A stretch of DNA of 64,000 nt from an uncultured Erysipelotrichaceae bacterium (lineage in GTDB: Bacteria > Bacillota_I > Bacilli_A > RFN20 > CAG-826), in assembly GCA_902785645.1 (NCBI GenBank), contig CACZZG010000004.1, positions 819 through 64,818 on the forward strand. Reading direction: 5' to 3'. How positions within the stretch are numbered: position 1 is the first letter of the stretch; each line of letters begins with the position of its first letter. Position numbers and translations under genes: made by a program. Below are positions 9,064-21,877 of this stretch, in pieces. Under the pieces are notes generated by a model. It saw only the letters and a list, made by a program, of their open reading frames with translations, made no database searches and was not told the origin of the DNA.

Positions 9064-11259
9064 TTAAAAATTGTATGGATCGATATTTACCGATACATTA
9101 ATGCTGGTTCTATTTGAATACACGCTAATAATTTTAGATAGGACATCATGCAATAACTTTTGATCTCTGCATTTAATTAAACATGTTCGCAATATCTTGT
9201 TACCTTCATAAGGAGCATAAGGTGTCGTTGGGCCAAGCACCTGTGCTTTATCTCCAAATTGATTATTGAGCATATCAATTAAATTCTGTGTATTGATAAT
9301 AACTGTTTCTTCGTTTTTGCCAGCTATAGTAATGCTCGCTAAAAATGTATAAGGCGGATAGCTTTGCAAACGACGATATTCCATCTCTTGTCTGTAAAAC
9401 ATTTCATAATTCTGACGAGCAGCAATTGTAATAGCGTAATGATTAGGAATGTAGGTTTGAATTATAGCAATACCATTTTTATCTTTTCGACCACTTCTAC
9501 CGATAGCTTGAGTAATTAATTGGAAAGCCATTTCATTTGATCTATAAGTGGGCATGGATAGACCAATATCTGCCAAAACAACACCAACTAAAGTAACATC
9601 CGGAAAGTCGTGACCTTTGGCAATCATTTGTGTTCCAATTAAAATATCAGCACGTTTTTGTCTAAATTCTTCAATAATTGCAGGGATTTTTGCGCGAATT
9701 TTAGCAGAGTCGCTATCTAATCTCAATGTTCGAGCATTAGGAAATAATCGATGAATCTCTTCCTCGATTCTTTCTGTTCCAAATCCAATTTTGATTAATC
9801 TATCATCGCCACATTCAGGACATTTGTTAGGCATCGCACAAACATATTCGCAATGATGGCACTTAAGCATATTATCTGTTCTATGATAGGTTAATGCAAT
9901 ATCGCATGTTGGGCACTTAAAAATATGTCCGCATTTACGACAAGAAACACTCGAAGCAAAACCCCTTCTATTGATGAGTAATATAGCTTGTTCGCCTCTA
10001 TCTAAAACATTTTGAATTTCGTATCTTAACTTAATCGAAAAGATATAGGAATCTCGATCGATGTTGCGATAATCGCCTAAATTAATAATTGTAGTTTTTG
10101 GAAGTTCTTTATTGTTAATTCGAGTTTCTAACTTCAATAAGTGATAAACATTTTTTTGCGCTCTGGCACGACTATCTAATGATGGAGTTGCACTTCCTAA
10201 TAAAACTTTAGCATTATGTTGTTTCCCCCTCATTATCGCCACTTCTCTCGCATGATAAAAAGGTGGGGTATCTTGTTTATAACTTTCGACATGCTCTTCA
10301 TCCAAAATTATCAAACCAATATTAGTTAATGGAGCAAAAATTGCGCTTCTAGCGCCTACAACAATATGGCATTCTCCACTAGCGATTTTACGGTATTCAT
10401 CATATTTTTCCGCAGGTGTAAGTGCACTATGTAAAATAGCGACATCACCCTCAAATCTTCTTAAGTAATATTCCATCATCATTGGTGTCAATGATATTTC
10501 AGGAACAAGCATTAAAACCGATTTGCCTTCCTTTAAAACTTGTTCGGAAAGATTTAAATATACTTCGGTTTTTCCACTACCAGTCACGCCTTCAAGTAAA
10601 TATACACTGTCATTTGTGTTTTTGAATTCATCCACCACTCTTTGTTGTTCAACAGTGAGTTTTGGTGGTTCTTTGTATTCGTATGAAGGAATGGCCAACC
10701 TTCTTTTTTCTACTTTTAAAATATCAACTCGTTTGTTTTCAATAAGTTTATTTAATATAGATACCTGTTTAATGTCTCGTTTTAAAACTTTGTCGACCGA
10801 AGAAATCAAACGCAATAATTCAATTTGCTTATCGGTTAGCCCATCTTCGTTTTTGTCAATCGTATAGACGTATTGGTCGTAAGCTATTTTGGGTGCTTTT
10901 AATGAACTTTTTCTCGGAGATAAAGATGGAGGGAGCATCGATTGTAATACACTGATTTTTGGAGATAAATAATAGTCAGTAACCTGATCAGCAAGATCTA
11001 ATAAATCTTGATTTAACAAAGGTGATTCATCGATTACATCAATGACTTCTCCTATTTTAAAACCCAACTTTTCTTCTAAAGAAGAAATTGGTTCATTGTA
11101 ATCATAACAATTAATAACATATCCAACCAATTCACGATGATTAAAATTAACAAGCACACGAAAGCCTGTGTCAACTCGTTTATATCCTTTATAAAAATAA
11201 GAAAAAGGACGGTTGAGTGAATTGTTTGCGTATTCTATTAGAACTTCTACTATTTTCAT
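9064..11259 (-). CDS. priA: Primosomal replication-restart helicase PriA
   Basis: GVTGSGKTEVY Walker A, DEEH box, and Cys-rich Zn-binding insert CRKCGHIFKCPTCD...CHHCEY...CPECG. Confidence 0.95.
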   Translation of the reverse strand: MKIVEVLIEYANNSLNRPFSYFYKGYKRVDTGFRVLVNFNHRELVGYVINCYDYNEPISSLEEKLGFKIGEVIDVIDESPLLNQDLLDLADQVTDYYLSPKISVLQSMLPPSLSPRKSSLKAPKIAYDQYVYTIDKNEDGLTDKQIELLRLISSVDKVLKRDIKQVSILNKLIENKRVDILKVEKRRLAIPSYEYKEPPKLTVEQQRVVDEFKNTNDSVYLLEGVTGSGKTEVYLNLSEQVLKEGKSVLMLVPEISLTPMMMEYYLRRFEGDVAILHSALTPAEKYDEYRKIASGECHIVVGARSAIFAPLTNIGLIILDEEHVESYKQDTPPFYHAREVAIMRGKQHNAKVLLGSATPSLDSRARAQKNVYHLLKLETRINNKELPKTTIINLGDYRNIDRDSYIFSIKLRYEIQNVLDRGEQAILLINRRGFASSVSCRKCGHIFKCPTCDIALTYHRTDNMLKCHHCEYVCAMPNKCPECGDDRLIKIGFGTERIEEEIHRLFPNARTLRLDSDSAKIRAKIPAIIEEFRQKRADILIGTQMIAKGHDFPDVTLVGVVLADIGLSMPTYRSNEMAFQLITQAIGRSGRKDKNGIAIIQTYIPNHYAITIAARQNYEMFYRQEMEYRRLQSYPPYTFLASITIAGKNEETVIINTQNLIDMLNNQFGDKAQVLGPTTPYAPYEGNKILRTCLIKCRDQKLLHDVLSKIISVYSNRTSINVSVNIDPYNF

Positions 11260-11268
11260 CTCTTCCGT

Positions 11269-11844
11269 CTATCTCTTTTTATTTTTTGCTTTAATTAAGT
11301 CGATGATTTCTTGAGCAGCACGTTGCACTTTATCATTAATAACAATGTAATCATAATTCTCAGTCATCGTCATTTCTTTAAGACCTTTTTGTAATCTTTC
11401 TTGAATGATTTCTTCAGATTCTGTCTTTCTTTTTCTAATGCGATTTTCAAGTGCTTGGAAAGAAGGAGGCATTAAGAAGAAGGAAATCATACGATCGTCA
11501 TGTATTTTTGACATGACTTGATTTGCACCATTAATTTCAATTTCAAGGAATACGTTTTTGCCTTGGTTTCTTAATTGTTCAACTTTGTCTTTTGGAGTGC
11601 CATAACGGTGTCCAACAAAGTTAGCCCATTCTAGGAAATTACCATTATCAATATTTCTTTGGAATTCCTCATCGCTGACGAAATAATAGTCTCTTCCGTC
11701 GACTTCTTTTTCACGTTTTTCTCTGGTGGTCATAGAGATAGAATAAACGAGTTCAAGCTTATCATTTTTCATGATTTCTTGTCTAACGCATCCCTTACCA
11801 ACACCAGATGGTCCACTAAGAATAATGAGTAATCCCTTTTTCAT
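11269..11844 (-). CDS. gmk: Guanylate kinase
   Basis: LSGPSGVGKG P-loop and TTR..R..E..G.DY.F motif. Start trimmed to ATG 11844..11842; the track start at 11880 is TTG. Confidence 0.92.
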   Translation of the reverse strand: MKKGLLIILSGPSGVGKGCVRQEIMKNDKLELVYSISMTTREKREKEVDGRDYYFVSDEEFQRNIDNGNFLEWANFVGHRYGTPKDKVEQLRNQGKNVFLEIEINGANQVMSKIHDDRMISFFLMPPSFQALENRIRKRKTESEEIIQERLQKGLKEMTMTENYDYIVINDKVQRAAQEIIDLIKAKNKKR

Positions 11845-11902
11845 GTCTATAATTATAAATATACATTTATAGTAGGTCAAACATTTATGTTAAAATATTT
11901 CC

Positions 11903-13270
11903 ATGAATAAAAATAGGTTGACTGTATCAGGAATAAAAACAATCGCGAAGGAATTAAAGGATAAATTATCTTCCAATCACATATCGAATGTGACCATTAT
12001 CAATTCCTTCGATTTAATCATGTCTTTTTCCAATTACCGTCAAGAAGAATTGCTCATTTCTTTAAATCCTCAAAATCCATTTTTATCACTTATCGAAATT
12101 AAGGATTCATGCCCCACAAAGATTGGGTCACTCAACGATACATTAAGAAAAGAAGTTAAAGATGGATACATTTTGGATGTTGAAGTCATAAATGAAGATA
12201 GAATAATTTCTATCGAATATGGATACACTAACGAATATTTTGATAAAGAGATACGCTTTTTAGTCATTGAGTTCATACCGCATAGACCAAATCTATTTTT
12301 ACTAGACGAGAATAAAAAGATTCGATTTGCTTTCCACTATAGCGACATGTCTTCGACTCGCCCAGTTTTAAAGGGTTTGATTTATCAAGAACCCATTAAT
12401 GAAAATAAAATTATCGAAGACTTTGATTATGAATCATATAAAAAAGAGTCTCTTTCATATTATTATCAAGCCAAGCATCGCCGTTTAGAGGAACAATTTA
12501 AACCTGTTCTTCAACACATTAAATCTCGAATTAAAACACTTAAACAAAAAATTGCCGTTTTAAATAAAGAGATGGATGAAGCTAATCAAGGATTGCAGTG
12601 CCAAGAAATAGGCTCATCTATTTTGGCGCTGTCTTACGATGAAGAAAGCCTAAAAGATTATATCGAAGAAAATAATATCGGCTATGATTGGAACATTAAA
12701 CCTAGCATAAATGCAGAGAAGTATTTTAAAAGATATAAGAAATACAAAAGAACTCTAGAAATGGATCAATTAGAGTTAGACAAAACTAGTGATGAGATCA
12801 ACTATTTAACTGACTGTTTAAATCAAACTCGTTTCATGAATGAAGAAGATGTTGTCGAATTAGGCAACCTATTATTTCCACATAAATTCAAGTTGCCTGC
12901 TAGAAGAAAAGTTGAATATAAACCTGATTCAATAAAGGTAGATGGAGCAACAATTTATTTCGGTAAAAATGCTAAACAGAACGATAACCTTACTTTCAAA
13001 AAAGCTAATCGTGATTATACATTTGTACATATTAAAGATTATCATGGAAGCCATGTTGTCATTGATCAAAATAAACCATCAAATGAAGTCCTATTAACTG
13101 CTTGTGAAATTGCACTACTACTCAGTGGAAAAGATTGTGGGGATGTGCAAGTTACTCTAATTAAAAATGTGAAAAAAGGAACCACGCCTGGTCAAGCCAT
13201 TTTAGGTTCCTATCAAACATATACAATTAATAAAATCCGCGAAAAAACCGCAGATTTACTGAAAAAATAA
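11903..13270 (+). CDS. rqcH: NFACT-family ribosome quality control protein RqcH (FbpA/YloA-like), compact version
   Basis: NFACT-N domain with a DR motif (VINEDRIISIEY), a central coiled-coil, and NFACT-R/DUF814 (FVHIKDYHGSHVVI). It neighbours gmk, as yloA does in Bacillus. Confidence 0.8.
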   Translation: MNKNRLTVSGIKTIAKELKDKLSSNHISNVTIINSFDLIMSFSNYRQEELLISLNPQNPFLSLIEIKDSCPTKIGSLNDTLRKEVKDGYILDVEVINEDRIISIEYGYTNEYFDKEIRFLVIEFIPHRPNLFLLDENKKIRFAFHYSDMSSTRPVLKGLIYQEPINENKIIEDFDYESYKKESLSYYYQAKHRRLEEQFKPVLQHIKSRIKTLKQKIAVLNKEMDEANQGLQCQEIGSSILALSYDEESLKDYIEENNIGYDWNIKPSINAEKYFKRYKKYKRTLEMDQLELDKTSDEINYLTDCLNQTRFMNEEDVVELGNLLFPHKFKLPARRKVEYKPDSIKVDGATIYFGKNAKQNDNLTFKKANRDYTFVHIKDYHGSHVVIDQNKPSNEVLLTACEIALLLSGKDCGDVQVTLIKNVKKGTTPGQAILGSYQTYTINKIREKTADLLKK

Positions 13271-13795
13271 TTACTTTTTAATATTTTCTTTCTCTAAAAA
13301 GTCCTCACCCTTAATTGCTTCTGAGGTAGATAAATTGAGGAAGTTTTGTTGTCTTAAAATCTCATAAGAAATAATAGCGACACAATTAGATAGGTTTAAG
13401 CTTCTGGCTTCTGGAACCATCGGAAGTCTTAACAATCTTTCAGGGTTATTTCTAAGAATATCATGAGGTATTCCTGTTGATTCTCTTCCAAACATAACGT
13501 AAATATCTTTTACTGGATCGGAAAAATCAAAAGATGAATAAACCCTATTTGAATACCTAGTTACATAATATAAATCAGCATTTCTATTCTTTTGCAAAAA
13601 CTCGTCATAGTTTTCATAATAGAACATCTTCAGATCATCAATATAATCCATTCCCACTCTCTTTAAATCTTTTGAATCAATAGAAAAAGTAAGGGGGCCA
13701 ATAATATGAAGCGCCGCATGGATAGCGACGCAAGTTCTCATAATATTTCCGGTGTTTTGTGGTTTTTCAGGTCTATATAAAACGATGTTAATCAT
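13271..13795 (-). CDS. trmL: tRNA (cytidine/uridine34-2'-O)-methyltransferase TrmL (SpoU/TrmH family)
   Basis: IVLYRPEKPQNTGNIMRTC N-terminus and a LNLSN knot motif near the C-terminus. Confidence 0.85.
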   Translation of the reverse strand: MINIVLYRPEKPQNTGNIMRTCVAIHAALHIIGPLTFSIDSKDLKRVGMDYIDDLKMFYYENYDEFLQKNRNADLYYVTRYSNRVYSSFDFSDPVKDIYVMFGRESTGIPHDILRNNPERLLRLPMVPEARSLNLSNCVAIISYEILRQQNFLNLSTSEAIKGEDFLEKENIKK

Positions 13796-14358
13796 TAATA
13801 ACCACGTGCTTTTCTTTCAGCTTCAATTGTTGGACGAATATTTCTCTTATATGAAGCAAGGCATTCTTTAATTACTCTAATTGCTTCATCCCTGCCGTAT
13901 ACTTCATCAACAGCGGTTTCTTTACCTTCTAATGATTTATAAACAGTAAAGAAGTGTTTAATTTCACCCATAACGTGTTCAGGAAGCTCATGAATATCTT
14001 TGAAGTCTTTATAAAATGCATCATCTTTGCACACTGCGATAATCTTTTCATCTGGTAAACCATTATCAGTCATAATAAGGACACCAATAGGTGTGCATCT
14101 AACAAAGCTCATTGGAAGAATGGATTCACTGCACAAAACCAAAACATCAAGAGGGTCATAGTCTCTAGCAAATGTTCTTGGGATAAAACCATAATTTTGT
14201 GGATAAATTGTGGAAGTAAACAAAACACGATCAAGGATTAAATGACCAGTTTCTTTGTCTAGTTCATATTTGTTTTTGCTTCCTTTTGAAATTTCAATAA
14301 GCGATAAGAATTCTTCGGGAGTAATTCGAGATGGTTTTACATCGTGCCAAACATGCAT
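13795..14358 (-). CDS. ppa: Family I inorganic pyrophosphatase
   Basis: NKYELDKETG, YPQNYGFIPRT and DYDPLDVLVL motifs. AAGGAG SD. Confidence 0.93.
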   Translation of the reverse strand: MHVWHDVKPSRITPEEFLSLIEISKGSKNKYELDKETGHLILDRVLFTSTIYPQNYGFIPRTFARDYDPLDVLVLCSESILPMSFVRCTPIGVLIMTDNGLPDEKIIAVCKDDAFYKDFKDIHELPEHVMGEIKHFFTVYKSLEGKETAVDEVYGRDEAIRVIKECLASYKRNIRPTIEAERKARGY

Positions 14359-14437
14359 ATAATGAGCTCCTTATAACATTATTACTTTATCACAAAGAGT
14401 TTCGTATTACATTACGAAATTATGATATACTAGACCC

Positions 14438-15226
14438 ATGAAAAAATTATTAACTCTATTAGTTCCAATTTTATTGGCCCCCACTATTACTGGGTGTCAG
14501 GATAAAGCACATAGCATTACATCAATTAAAACATTAGATGATACTGTTTTGAAACAAGAGATTAATAGAGATCAAATAATTAATTTAATCGAATCCAAAC
14601 AAGATTTTTTGCTAGAACTATATTCTCCAACATGCACCTATTGTCGCGAATTGACTCCTAAATTAGAAAGGTACACAAAAGAAGCAAAAAGAATAATTTA
14701 CACGTTGGATTTATCAAAAGTATCTGAAGATGATTTCAACAATAATCTACATGTAAAATATCCTGATATATTTGATGAAAGATTGGTTCCTAAAGTTAAA
14801 TTCATACAAAAAGGGCTATTAACCTTCAATTTTGATGTCTCATCATTTGATTCTTACAGTTATGGTAAGAAGATATTTAATAGACATTTTAATGATTCTG
14901 AGATCTATTTAGCTAACAGTATTGATGCAATTAAAAACTTCGAGAAAAGCAAATCTTCGTATGTTTTTGCTACATACGATATCAACAATTTAGATGATTC
15001 AAAATACACAAGTAATTATGTCATCAATGAATCTGTTGGGAAGACAAAAAAGCCTGTAATTCTTATAAATAAAGCGGAATTTGCTGAAAATTACTCAGAA
15101 ATTCAAACATATTTTGCTACTTCTCTTGATTCTTTTATTGGCTGCAAAAACAAAGATGAAATAAAAACCATCGACATGAAAACTGACGATGGTTCAGGTT
15201 TTAATGAGTTATTAACTAATCTTTAG
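14438..15226 (+). CDS. Lipoprotein with N-terminal thioredoxin-fold domain (CxxC = CTYC) and an unknown C-terminal domain
   Basis: Lipobox LAPTITGC at the end of the signal peptide. ELYSPTCTYCRELTP is thioredoxin-like. Confidence 0.7.
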   Translation: MKKLLTLLVPILLAPTITGCQDKAHSITSIKTLDDTVLKQEINRDQIINLIESKQDFLLELYSPTCTYCRELTPKLERYTKEAKRIIYTLDLSKVSEDDFNNNLHVKYPDIFDERLVPKVKFIQKGLLTFNFDVSSFDSYSYGKKIFNRHFNDSEIYLANSIDAIKNFEKSKSSYVFATYDINNLDDSKYTSNYVINESVGKTKKPVILINKAEFAENYSEIQTYFATSLDSFIGCKNKDEIKTIDMKTDDGSGFNELLTNL

Positions 15227-15626
15227 AAGCAAGATTAATTCTATTCAGCGCTTTAAGCAAAGCAATTTTGGCACGATTGACATCAATTGTGTCATTTTTA
15301 TTAGCTTCTTCTAACCTTTTTTGAGCACGCATTTTAGCTTCTTTTGCTCTATCTAAATCTATCTCATCCGCTCTTTCAATGGCATCTAAAAGTAATGTCA
15401 CTTTTTCTTTGGTGATATTGAGCGCACCACCACCACAAGCATAGATAAATGTATCTTGTTCAGTTTTAATAACCATTTTACAAATATCAACTGTGGATAC
15501 CAATGGAGCGTGTCCTGGTAAAATACCTAAATTATATTTTTCAGAACGCACTTCTAAAAATGTGGCTTGGCCATCAAAGTATCTTCCATATGGAGTATAA
15601 ATAACGAGATGAAATGTATTTGCCAT
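15216..15626 (-). CDS. atpC: F1Fo ATP synthase subunit epsilon
   Basis: Position after atpD, GILPGHAPL motif, helical C-terminus. Confidence 0.92.
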   Translation of the reverse strand: MANTFHLVIYTPYGRYFDGQATFLEVRSEKYNLGILPGHAPLVSTVDICKMVIKTEQDTFIYACGGGALNITKEKVTLLLDAIERADEIDLDRAKEAKMRAQKRLEEANKNDTIDVNRAKIALLKALNRINLASKD

Positions 15627-15627
15627 A

Positions 15628-17885
<2,258 letters not shown>

Positions 17886-17888
17886 AAA

Positions 17889-19409
<1,521 letters not shown>

Positions 19410-19937
19410 TTATTTAATAAGGTCTTTTTTCATATTTTCAATATGATGTTTGATAGAACCATCGTAAATACAATCGTGAACCACGACTTTCACACCACCG
19501 ATAAGTGTTGGGTCAATAATGTTTTTAAGTTCAACTTTTTGGTGTTCTACCTTTGAAATCTTTTCTTCAATTTGGTTAATAACTTTTTGATCTAGTTTTA
19601 AGGTTGAGTAGACCAATCCTTCACTAATTCCACGATATTCATTACAGTAGCTATTAAAAGCTTCAAAAATATCGAGCAAATAACTAGTACGGTTATTTTC
19701 CATGACCACTAAGATGAGAGCGATAATATCTTCGTTCACACCTATTAGGGTTTTCTTTAATAAATTTTGTCTCTCAGTTAATGAGATAAAAGAGCTTCCA
19801 AGGATCATGATAAAATCAGCATTTTCTTTAAAAATACTGGATATTTGCTTTATTTCTTCTTGCATTTCAACAACTTGGTTATTGTCTAAAGCAATAGAAT
19901 AAAGGGCTAAACCGTAACGTGAAGATATGGTTTCCAT
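19410..19937 (-). CDS. atpH: F1Fo ATP synthase subunit delta (OSCP)
   Basis: Operon position, size, and RYGLALYSIA N-terminus. Confidence 0.88.
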   Translation of the reverse strand: METISSRYGLALYSIALDNNQVVEMQEEIKQISSIFKENADFIMILGSSFISLTERQNLLKKTLIGVNEDIIALILVVMENNRTSYLLDIFEAFNSYCNEYRGISEGLVYSTLKLDQKVINQIEEKISKVEHQKVELKNIIDPTLIGGVKVVVHDCIYDGSIKHHIENMKKDLIK

Positions 19938-19939
19938 AA

Positions 19940-20497
19940 TTAATCAATGTCCTTAATAAAGTCCTCTACAATACGAGCGTTATCTTTCTCGTTAATCTCA
20001 CGTTTCAAAACTTCTTCAGAGGCTGTCAAAGCCACAGAGATCATTTCTTTACGAATCTCTTCTTTAGCTTCTTCCTTACTGCGTTCAATATCTTCTTCCG
20101 CTTGCGCTTTTATCTTATTAACTTCAAGATGTGCGTCATCAATAATCTGTTTTTGATTATTTATAGCGGTTTGTTTTGCAGCAGCAATTATTTCTGCAGC
20201 TTCTTTCTTGCTTGCCACTAAAACTTCTTGACTTGCTTTTGCATTTCTTTCAGCTTCAGCTTTAGCTGTTTCGGAATCGCGGATGTTATTCTCAACATAA
20301 TCAGCTCGTTTATTTAGCATTTTTCTAACACGTTTATAGCCTACTAAGAAGAAGACTAAAACCATCACTACTAGAGCGCCGAATTGCACAACAAAATCAA
20401 GCCAGTTTGGTATTAAGTTTTCTTTAATAAACTGACTGATCTTATCGCCAATTTCGGAAATGTTAGATAACACTAGTCCGACTTTTAGATCAAACAT
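19940..20497 (-). CDS. atpF: F1Fo ATP synthase subunit b
   Basis: Single N-terminal TM helix followed by a long charged helix. Operon position. Confidence 0.88.
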   Translation of the reverse strand: MFDLKVGLVLSNISEIGDKISQFIKENLIPNWLDFVVQFGALVVMVLVFFLVGYKRVRKMLNKRADYVENNIRDSETAKAEAERNAKASQEVLVASKKEAAEIIAAAKQTAINNQKQIIDDAHLEVNKIKAQAEEDIERSKEEAKEEIRKEMISVALTASEEVLKREINEKDNARIVEDFIKDID

Positions 20498-20508
20498 TTA
20501 TGCTCCTC

Positions 20509-20736
20509 CTATTTTGTGAATAACAATAAAATTGATACTAACAACGCATAAATAGCGGTTGTTTCAACTAATGAACAACCCAAAATCATGGTTGTACGAA
20601 GTTTGCCATAAACTTCTGGATTTCTTGAAATACCATCAACTGCGTGTACAACAACCAAAGCTTCACCGAGAGCACTTGGCATAACGGCTAACATTGTAAT
20701 GGCGATGGCTAATAATCTCATGGCATCAGCTTGCAT
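20509..20736 (-). CDS. atpE: F1Fo ATP synthase subunit c (Na+-type two-carboxylate signature)
   Basis: Hairpin of two TM helices with an RNPE loop and an ETTxxY motif in helix 2. See the finding at 20509..20736. Confidence 0.93.
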   Translation of the reverse strand: MQADAMRLLAIAITMLAVMPSALGEALVVVHAVDGISRNPEVYGKLRTTMILGCSLVETTAIYALLVSILLLFTK

Positions 20737-20759
20737 AAATCTATCTCCTTTCTTTAAAA

Positions 20760-21488
20760 TTAAGCACCTATTAAGTCCTCAGGAATTTCTTGACCTACAT
20801 ATATGGTTGTGAGTGACAAGAAAACTGTGGTTTGGATGAAACCACTCCAAAGGTCAAAATATAAGTGGAATATCCAGGTCAATAATGGAGCGATAAAAAC
20901 TTGACTCCATTCGCTAGCAATTAGTGACGAGAATATCATTCCGGACAAGTCCTTGAGCGCTGCATACATAAGCGACATAATGACAAAGCCAGAGATAGCA
21001 TTGCCAAATATACGCAATGTAAGCGAGAGCAAAGGTGCCCACATGGAAATCAAATTGATTGGTAAGAATAATGGGACTGGTTCAATATAACGTTTGAAAT
21101 AACGGAACTTGTTATATTTAATTGCTGTAGCGTGAATCATCATAAATGTCGATAAGCCTAATGAAAGTGGCACCGCCATATATGTAATTGGGGAAGGTAA
21201 ACCAGTTAGACCAAAAATAAACGCGACGAACATGTATATGCCTAAGCACATAATGTACCCCCCAAAAGATCTAAAGCGTTTACCAAGTAAACCTTCGGCC
21301 ATATTTTCAAAGAAATTCACACCGCATTCAGCTAGCAATAAAGCACCTTTAGGTTTCTTTAGTGGATCTTGGAAATGAGCTCTAATGCCAATATAAATAG
21401 CAAAAATAATGATGATTCCCATCACTATCAAAGAACTGATCACCGGACCAGTAATATGTGCGTTTTTAAGATTGGCGATAAAGTCCAT
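20760..21488 (-). CDS. atpB: F1Fo ATP synthase subunit a
   Basis: Polytopic protein with LSLTLRIFGN (the conserved stator Arg). Operon position. Confidence 0.93.
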   Translation of the reverse strand: MDFIANLKNAHITGPVISSLIVMGIIIIFAIYIGIRAHFQDPLKKPKGALLLAECGVNFFENMAEGLLGKRFRSFGGYIMCLGIYMFVAFIFGLTGLPSPITYMAVPLSLGLSTFMMIHATAIKYNKFRYFKRYIEPVPLFLPINLISMWAPLLSLTLRIFGNAISGFVIMSLMYAALKDLSGMIFSSLIASEWSQVFIAPLLTWIFHLYFDLWSGFIQTTVFLSLTTIYVGQEIPEDLIGA

Positions 21489-21874
21489 TATTTCTCCTTT
21501 CTTACCAAAATAATATTTAATATGATGCTTATTATATAAGCACCGATAACAGCGAATATGTTAAATGCTTTCACACCTTGCGCGTAATACAACCAGCCCG
21601 CAAGAAATAACACACCCGCGATAATCAAAATTCTAACGATAATAACAACGATGGTTAAAACCATCGATTTCTTTTGATCTTCATCATTCTCAGCTAATCC
21701 TAAGAATAAATAAGTCAAAATCCCCACTCCTCCGCCTAAAGCAATTCCTTGAGGGATTTCCATTAGCGAAAAGAAGAAGCAAGGGATGGTCAATATAATA
21801 GCCGATGAAATGACTAGTGCAGACCAAAGCGCAACTTTGTATTCAAGTTTTAGTTGTCTGTACCAGTCTTTCAT
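21488..21874 (-). CDS. atpI: AtpI-like small membrane protein of the atp operon
   Basis: Four hydrophobic helices, immediately upstream of atpB. Confidence 0.6.
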   Translation of the reverse strand: MKDWYRQLKLEYKVALWSALVISSAIILTIPCFFFSLMEIPQGIALGGGVGILTYLFLGLAENDEDQKKSMVLTIVVIIVRILIIAGVLFLAGWLYYAQGVKAFNIFAVIGAYIISIILNIILVRKEK

Positions 21875-21877
21875 AAA

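Noticed and set aside
11845-11880. Longer N-termini from TTG/GTG track starts (gmk 11880, prpC 6288, rlmN 7369, prkC 5539, yesL 52950, lplC-like 63147, GH130 56355, yigZ-like 35576).
   Set aside because: In each case a downstream ATG gives the family-typical N-terminus. Usually it has an SD or a 1-8-nt coupling overlap with the upstream stop, and the extensions overlap the preceding gene.
15216-15226. Tail-to-tail overlaps of convergent genes (atpC with the lipoprotein gene at 15216..15226, and rdgB with the zinc-ribbon gene at 40006..40013). I considered them as possible antisense-regulation sites.
   Set aside because: Overlaps of 8-11 nt at stop codons are common in compact genomes, and no additional structure is visible. 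I note them but do not treat them as a separate signal.
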